Source: Paragordius varius
Lineage: Eukaryota; Animalia; Nematomorpha
Length of the DNA: 64,000 nt
Assembly (NCBI GenBank): GCA_964247055.1
Contig: OZ176054.1
Location: forward strand, 8,060,001 to 8,124,000
Direction: 5' to 3'
Shown: positions 56,452-64,000 of the stretch, piece after piece
Numbering within the stretch: the stretch's first letter is position 1
Layout: each line of letters begins with the position of its first letter
Program-made: the position numbers and the translations under genes
The notes under the pieces: model-generated
Database searches by the model: none
What the model was told of the DNA's origin: nothing
What the model saw: the letters and a program-made list of their open reading frames with translations, nothing else

Positions 56452-57218
56452 ATGAGCTTGAGATCAGCGAAAGTTGTGCTTTTTGGTGATTCTGGTTTAT
56501 ATTTGTATATATATTTTGGGGGTTGGAAAAACATCGTTTATAGATTCTTTATGTGACAATACAACTAGTGCTGAAAGGAAATGGACTATTGGCGCTCATG
56601 TCGATATAAAAGTCGCATTTATTTTTATCATAGTATCATATTTATAAAAATGGAAAACATGATGCTGAAGAAACTTTTATAGAACTTTGGGATATTGGCG
56701 AAAATTTAAAAAATTGTGAAAATCTATCAGTTTTCTTAAATGAATACAATGGTGTATATAATAGTTACTTTAGGGCTAATTTTCGTATATGACACCTCCA
56801 ATAAACGTAGTTTTAAAAACTTAGAAAAATGGATTCAATTTGTTGTTAAAAGCAATGAACCTTTTTTCATGTATTTAACACCCTTATTTTTAGCAAATCA
56901 GAACAACGACAATCATTTCCTCTATTTATAAATATCCCAACACTTTTTGTCGGAAACAAAGTTGATCTCTGCAATAGTCATATGTCGGCGAATCAATTAA
57001 ATTCGGCCATTTACATTAATGGGTACAAGGATGAAATATCTTACGTATTTTTATTTAAATGTTTAGAATAGTAAAAACCCAAAAAATGGATACTCCCAAA
57101 ACGATAAACTTGACACATTTTTTGATAAAGTAACAAATATATTTCAATGAAAATATAGGTTTTGGAAAATATGGATTATGTTAACAATCATTCTATTTAT
57201 AATAAAAATCGGAATTAA
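56452..57218 (+). CDS. RABL3: Rab-like protein 3, 207 aa, 7 exons
   Basis: Exons: 56452-56494, 56520-56611, 56634-56751, 56774-56870, 56894-57044, 57067-57129, 57159-57218. Introns are 25 (GT-GG), 22, 22, 23, 22 and 29 nt. Motifs KVVLFGDSGVGKTS, WTIGAHVDIK, FIELWDIG, GLIFVYDTSNKRS, IPTLFVGNKVD and KLDTFFDKV fit RABL3; there is no prenylation motif. Confidence 0.85.
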
Positions 57219-57440
57219 GTCGATGATTACATTAAGATCACTTGGCTTTTAACGTCAAAATAAGACAGTGAGAATCGCGCAATGGGAGCATCAATTATGT
57301 TAAAATTTTATATCAAATGTAAATAAATTATAATTATGGCTTCATATAGATTTATTAAAGTTTTAAATTATATTAAAACTATTTTATCTTCTATAAGATA
57401 TATATATATATATATCGATAGACCAGTTATAATTTATACT

Positions 57441-60420
57441 TCACGGTTTAGCGTGTCTAAATAAAGCTGACGACTTTTTAGATACACGTGTGAGGGCAGA
57501 ACCAGCGCTTTTAGCGATTATTCCAATATTTTTTACCGCATTAACTGGATTGAATATTTTATCAATTTCTTGATTCTCACCAGAATAACTCTTAGATAAA
57601 TTCTCAATCAAATCCATCATGATTTGAGCCCTATCTTCCAACCCCAATGCATTCAATTGGTCAACGCAGTGTCTAAGATTCGTTAAATCTAGCATATTAA
57701 AGTAAATTAAAATATGAAGTACTTTTACACGTAACGACATATAATTTATAAAAATGTTTCGTTTTAAATATATTACATTTATTCCTGTCTTCAGTATTGA
57801 TTAACTTTGACAAAATTGATATGGTGTACATGTAATCGTTATCAGAACAAATACGTAGGACAGCAAGTAATAATTTTTGTGAAAGAAGCAATTCAACCAA
57901 TGATTTATCCAGAAGGTTATATTCCAAGTTTGGATATTCTAGCATAAAATTATCATATAAAAACAGAAAGAAAAAATTACACATAAGGGTTAAATTTAGA
58001 TTTTAATATGACTTGTATGTACATCTGAATTTTAAATAGCTAATGATTTTCCCTTAAATGTTAAACTGATTTTAAAATTGTATTAAAATGAAACTTATCC
58101 GGATTCTTTCTATTTTGGTTCCAGAGGTATTTTGGTTTCAATAAGTTTTTAACTTGATAAATTCTAATGCATTTATATCGCCTTATTGAAAATAAGTTAA
58201 GAGTGTACCACTATTTCAAACCATACAAAAAAGGCTTGAAAATCCATTCTTTCAATCGTTTACAACAATATTCATTTCCATATATATGTTTTGAAGATGT
58301 AAATAAATTACATAAGTGATTTATGGCACCAATGATTTAAATCAATCGATTACTATATTCACAAACACGAAGTATTGTCATAAAATTTATTTTTTGTATC
58401 TAAAAAGGTGTTATAAGGATTAATGGAAAAAGGATATCCTAATACGTAAATAATAAAATGTTATTTTAAAATACATTGGCAAAATTTGTGGGAAAATAAT
58501 ATTTACTTTTGAATAATCTTGAAATTTACTAATAAGCTTTTGACTGAGATATAAATTAGTTTTGTATCTGAAAATTTAAGAAACCGTGTTAATAACTGTA
58601 ATCATGCTAAAAATCATTTTTTTATCTTTTTTATACTGTCTCAGAACAGTTCACACTAGATTTATTAACTCGAGTCCAATTTTTGCCTTAAGCCACGGTT
58701 TCATCAAAATTCAAGAATCGGTTCAAGTTTTTAAGGTTCTTATTCCCGCCAAAAAGAATTTGATAATAAAAATAAAGATGTTTTACGTTAAAATTCAACA
58801 AGGATAAGACATTTATAATTTGTAAGTTAGATCATGTTTTGGAAAACGTATTTAATTGATTATGTTTCAGTCTATTGTACTCTTCTTTATTAGTGACATG
58901 ATATAATATCTAGGTAAACAGCAGTCTACCATATGTTTATTAAAAGAAACAGGTTAATAATGATAAATGCCATTTCTAAACAGCAATCCAGCTTAACCTA
59001 TGGTTCTGAAACATGGACAATAAACAAAACAATCAAACAAAACTCCAAACTAGCGAAAACCAAACATTGAAACACCAACATCATAAAAAACCGACAAAAT
59101 TTATTGCATCATACTAATTAATAGATTGCGCCTCTACAGCTGTGCTTAAAGAAGAGACGCAACACTCTTCAAAATTCATTGAAAACAATGTTGTCGGCAA
59201 AAGAAAAAAGGGGTGCCGACTTTGTTCTTATAATAAGCTTACCATAGAACAATATAAAAATTATAAATTGTGGCGGAAAATACTTAGTCGCAAAATTCCC
59301 GATCCGGAGACCTGACTTTTGCCTCCATAAGTTAGGCTCGTGGTAAAAAAATAATATATTAACATACCAGCATAAAATTTATCCATCATTTCAAAGGCCA
59401 ACGCTTGACACTCTTTGCTAGATGTCTTATCGGTTGAATAGATACCGATTTTAATTATATAATAATTGCAACATAATGCAAATACCTCATCAATAAGGTT
59501 AGTGTCTTTGTTATTTTTTGAAATTAATTTGGCACAAAAAGTCATATATTGTATTCGTATATTTGGGGCGTCTGGTGAATTATTAATTTCCAAAAAATTA
59601 ATTAAATGGAAAAAATTATCTTCATATATTTGGATTGCAATGGGTGTTTTCTTTTTCGACATAATATAATTATATTTGGTATGTATAAGGGATAGTATCC
59701 ATTTTTCAGTTAATACACTCCAAAATTTGTAAGAATGTTCGGTTTCTCTAAAATTAAAGATTAATTGTTTATTTTAAATATCCAAATAATACAGGAAAAA
59801 TAAAAAATAAAAGGCGTAAATTAAGTTTTTTATAAAGATACAAGGGTTAATGATTAAAGTCCCGCCATAATAGGCTTCCTAAAAAAGAGCTGTAAAATAT
59901 TATATTGATTGTTTTAACCCCATATTTATCCTAATTATATATAGAAAAAATGATTTTAAATTTGGCTTTTGTAAAACTTAAACTTTGCCTGTATAAATTT
60001 AATAGCCACTATAATCTATTACTTGTAAGCGTAATCTTTTGCAATGTCCCATATATTTTGAATAATTTTACTATTATTATCATCATAATCATCGAAATTA
60101 TCTATTATTATCTGCAAAACATTGGTAAATATTTCAAAAATTTTGTCTAGGTTATCAGGTAAAAATAGGGAAGGATTAATGATTAAATAATTCGGTTCAC
60201 TATCCAATTTTGTAGGTAAAACAATTTTAAATTGTAAAGTTTTTTCATCCAAATTTTCGATAATATAATCATTTTTGACTAAATCAGTATTTTCACGAAT
60301 GAGAGATGAAAATTCAACAGTTTTTAAATAATTTCGCAAAAGCACTGTATTATATGGACTCAAAACAAACTCTGATTGATCCACGTCATTTCCATCAATA
60401 TTGTGAAGATGAGGAAAAAC
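57441..60420 (-). CDS. 3' exons of a large alpha-helical protein, tentatively NBAS/Sec39-like C-terminus
   Basis: Exons 60420-60023, 59747-59368, 57938-57777 and 57688-57441 are phase-consistent with GT-AG introns of 275, 1429 and 88 nt; the last donor is ambiguous. Weak remembered similarity to the NBAS C-terminus (ELLLSQKLLL; QLNALGLEDRAQ). The coding status is well supported but the identity is not. Upstream exons were not resolved. Confidence 0.55.
58940..59250 (+). mobile_element. LINE 3' remnant inside the 1429-nt intron
   Basis: LTYGSETWTINK and a VGKRKKG.P motif. Confidence 0.55.
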
Positions 60421-62019
60421 CTATAAATTTAACAAAGAATATAATGAATATTTTATATTTAATTTTGCGATATGAAAATATGTTAAACTGTAAAATTTAA
60501 TGTTATTATCAATTTTAGGTAATTTTTACTTACCGATATATTACAAAATGGTTTTTTACTATTATTAAATCTGATACATCTTTATGATCCAATAAAACTA
60601 AAAGTAAGGGTCAGATAACACTAACAACAAATTTTTCTGCCGCTCGAATTTTTTTACATTTCTGATATTTTATTATCATTTTAACAGTAACTCAAGATTT
60701 TTGTCCTCTTTATCAAAATTTTACTAAAATATATTTTTTTTAAATACAACAAATGCCCTTTGTAATATGTCATTCGAAGGATAATGAAAACTCTATAAAA
60801 TTTATACTATGTTTAAAATCAATAATTAATAGACATAGAAGTGACGAATCCGCGAAGCGAGGGCTTTTTTCTCAATTAATATATTTTTAAAACTAATGGA
60901 TGAATAGTTCAAACTTCAGGCTTCAAACAAAAATAAGATGATACCAATGGTTAAATTTAAAAATTATATTTAAAACCTTCTTTTTGATATTGTTTTTACT
61001 TAAAACATGTATAACTCTCTTTTAATTGTTATTTATTATTAATTTTTAAATGAAAAACAATTTGTGTGAAGAATTCCACCCAAAATTATTTAGATCTAAA
61101 TTATTTCTTAACTTTCTTTATTTTTCATCCTCCATTTTACGAATTCAAAAATGTTAGTTTTTAAGACATAACCCTTAAACTTTCTGCAATACAGATATTA
61201 GCAATCGTATCGTAAATGTATGCATGCATTAAACCAGCAAGTCTAGCTCGAGGGCTCGCAAGTCTGACTAATGGCTTGCAATCAGACTTATTATCACATA
61301 GCCCCGTGTTTCTGATTTGTAATTTATCACAGGGTGAAGAGCTTTGGTGTATAACACAGTGTGCGAAATTGGGAATTTTTTTCTCGGGATATCACACCTA
61401 GCTTAATATGACCCTTGTGACATATACATTTCAAAGGATGAAAAAATCGTCAATGTTAAAATTTTTTTTCCACTTTTTTCATATATGATTATATTCGGAA
61501 AAAATCAATTTATTTGCATAATACTTCATCAAAAATTATAAAAGTAACTGAATATTGGCAGAAGTCAACTAAAAATATCAATCTATGGAGGAGTTTTATT
61601 TACATTGTTTCAAAAAAGCGACCTCGTCTGAACACATTGATCCTAAAACAGTTAAATAATTTTGGATTGAGAAAATTAAATATATTATATGTATTAGATT
61701 TTTTACACAATGAACAAATGTAAATTTATCAAAATATAATTTTCTGGTGGATGTTTGCTTGTGATTAGCAAGTTTGTCTTTAAAATATGATTTTCACAAT
61801 GGATTAAATTCATTTTTTAAGAATTTTACCAAAGACATAGTAAAACATTTCTCGTGACAACTTGCAGTTTCTTGTTTACCGAAAAATATTTAGAATTATA
61901 TTACTTTACTTATCCAATACATCCTTATCGAGAGGAATACTAATTTTTGCTGATTTTCATTGGTTTTTTAATGTTATCTTAATAATGTAAATTCCACAAT
62001 ATTTTAGTCTATAATTATT

Positions 62020-63180
62020 ATAGAATATACCACATCAGTATCAGGGTAAAACAACCCCTGCGATTGTTATCTTCTGGATGTAGGGATAAAATTTTATTTG
62101 TCCATTGTTCTGGAGCACGTTTGATGTGTCCGAAATATCTAAGCCTATTTATTCTGAGCATAACATTTAAAGGTTCGATTTGGTACAGTTGATGTAAATT
62201 TGACTTTGACTTATTGGGGTGGAATAAATGCATCCGCTTTTCTATGTTCATTAGTTTTTTCTCAATTGAATCTGTCATCGGCTAAGTCGCGCTTCCATAC
62301 AGGAGTATGGGACGTATACCGGCTTTGTAAATCAAACATTTGTTTTTATTTTTGAGCGCAAATTTAAGTTGATGATATTTTACACAAGCCTGTTGGGATC
62401 TATATTTAACTGATTGGTTTATTCCACCTAGGCAATGTATGACATCACCTAAGTATTTAAAATTATTTACCAATTCGATTTTGGCGTCTGCCATATAAAA
62501 GTATTTTATTGAAGTGGGTGAGTGATTTATTGTTTATTTTTGCATGAATCACATATAAATTTATCATTGTTAATTAATGTCAGCGAGCAATTTTTGTGTG
62601 CCCACTTATTTAATCCCCAGTATTAATCACATCCACACTGCGAGCCAACAACGTAGGTGATTAGATAGTTAAATTAATAGAAATGATGTACTACAAAACA
62701 ACAAACTGCGTCAGATTAACACTAGGCAACACACCTTTTTTTCCAAACGAATCTGGTCTTCATCAAGGCTCAATTCTAAGCCCTCTATTCTTCATTTTAA
62801 TAATGGATTACCTAACAAAAGATATAAAACAAGGCCCACCATGGAAACTTATCTATGCGGACGACATTGTCCTCACCGCAACATCTATGGAAGAATTAAA
62901 TCAAAAGTACAACACATGGAAATTACACTTAGAAAAGGGTGGAATGAAGATAAATATAAGCAAAACAAAGGTGCTGATAACGGGTACTGTATATGAACGA
63001 CCTAAGTTTCCATGTGGAGTATGTGATTTGGATGTTAAACTCAATTCAATCCTATGTACATCATGCAATAAGTGTGTACACAAAAAGTGCTCGCTTGGGA
63101 CATTAATCAACAATGATAAATTTATATGTGAATCATGCAAAAATAAAACAACTCTGTTAAAATGTAATTTTTATTATATA
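62020..63180. mobile_element. RTE-related LINE with PHD-like zinc finger, 5' part inverted
   Basis: Plus strand 62620-63180 has GLHQGSILSP, YADD and INISKTK, then CGVC...CTSC...HKKC...CESC. Minus strand 62510-62020 has FKYLG, IRPILLYGS and RLRYFGHIKR. Confidence 0.85.
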
Positions 63181-64000
63181 CTAGCGTAAATCTCGTGCTG
63201 CTACGCAGCCCGAGGAGGTCCTTCGGACTTCTGGGGGGGGGGGCATTTTTAATTTTATAGGCAATTTTGGTATGCGGCACGAAGTTTTAAAATGATTCAC
63301 ATAGTGTCATATACTGAAATTTGGCTCCAAAGACATGCTGTATGGATATGAATGCGCAGTTGTGGGCGGGTGGCCCCCTACCCAGAGGCCAATATAAAAA
63401 TGTAGTTGGATAAGAAAAATTGCCTTTATCCCTGGAATAATCGTTCAGTCCTAATAGTTTATGGAAGAATGGTTTCAAAACTAAATAATAGTTCAATGAT
63501 AGCGCATTTTTAGGGAGTAAAGGGCCTATTTAACGGTTAATTATAAAAATCCGCTTGACTAAAATTTTTGACTTTTTACGGGTAATACTTTAAGCAGCTA
63601 TTGAACTCTATGGCCTGATAGGTTTTCTGAAATTTAGCCCCAAAAGCACGCTATTTCGATATGACGGGTCAGTTTTTCGCGGGTAGCTCCTTACTCAGCT
63701 GCTATCATCAAAGAAACGGTGGACTAAAATTTTTGCCTTTTAACAAGGAATACGTGGAATCCATATTGAATTTTTACGGTCTCATACCTTAGGCAAAAAA
63801 TCGATTAAAAAAATATTTTTGTGGACTTTATTTTTTAAAAAAGGTGGCATTTTACGGGGGGAGCGGGTAAAAAGAAGGCCTAAATCAAAAAAATGAGTCG
63901 ACTATGTTCAGCGCGATCAAAAATAAGTAAACAAAAATCATATTTAAAATTGAATGGTCCAACACGTTCTCCAAAAAATTGTTTCAAAGACACGATTTTT
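63181..64000. repeat. GC-richer unclassified element truncating the LINE; runs off the window
   Basis: There is an abrupt composition shift after TACTAG at about 63180, with a G10 tract and a GGTCCTTCGGACTT hairpin. No coding frame was recognised. Confidence 0.35.

Noticed and set aside
61216-61401. GC-richer patch with AHCVIHQ on the minus strand (hAT CxxH-like)
   Set aside because: A single short motif with no TIR or flanking transposase similarity. It could equally be an unresolved exon of the minus-strand gene.

Overview
Very AT-rich, repeat-dense eukaryotic DNA. It is metazoan-like, uses the standard genetic code, and has spliceosomal introns. Four conserved genes could be assembled by hand: a single-domain rhodanese (-), RPF2 (+), RhoA/Rho1 (-) and RABL3 (+). 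Also present are a claudin/PMP22-superfamily tetraspan gene (+), the 3' end of a large helical protein gene, possibly NBAS-like (-), an orphan type I membrane protein gene (+) and the last exons of an unidentified gene (-). The most striking feature is a class of ultra-short introns: 16 of 22-29 nt, nearly all 22-25 nt, with degenerate donors and frequent AAG acceptors. These coexist with TE-filled introns of 0.2-4 kb. One tiny intron in RABL3 appears to need a non-canonical GT-GG boundary to keep the P-loop. The rest of the window is nested transposon debris: a Harbinger inside a foldback MITE, a self-inverted hAT, three Mos1-like mariners, RTE-like LINEs with 5'-inversion geometry, and TTAA-flanked MITEs clustered just upstream of housekeeping start codons. 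All calls come from manual reading and remembered family motifs; no database search was run.
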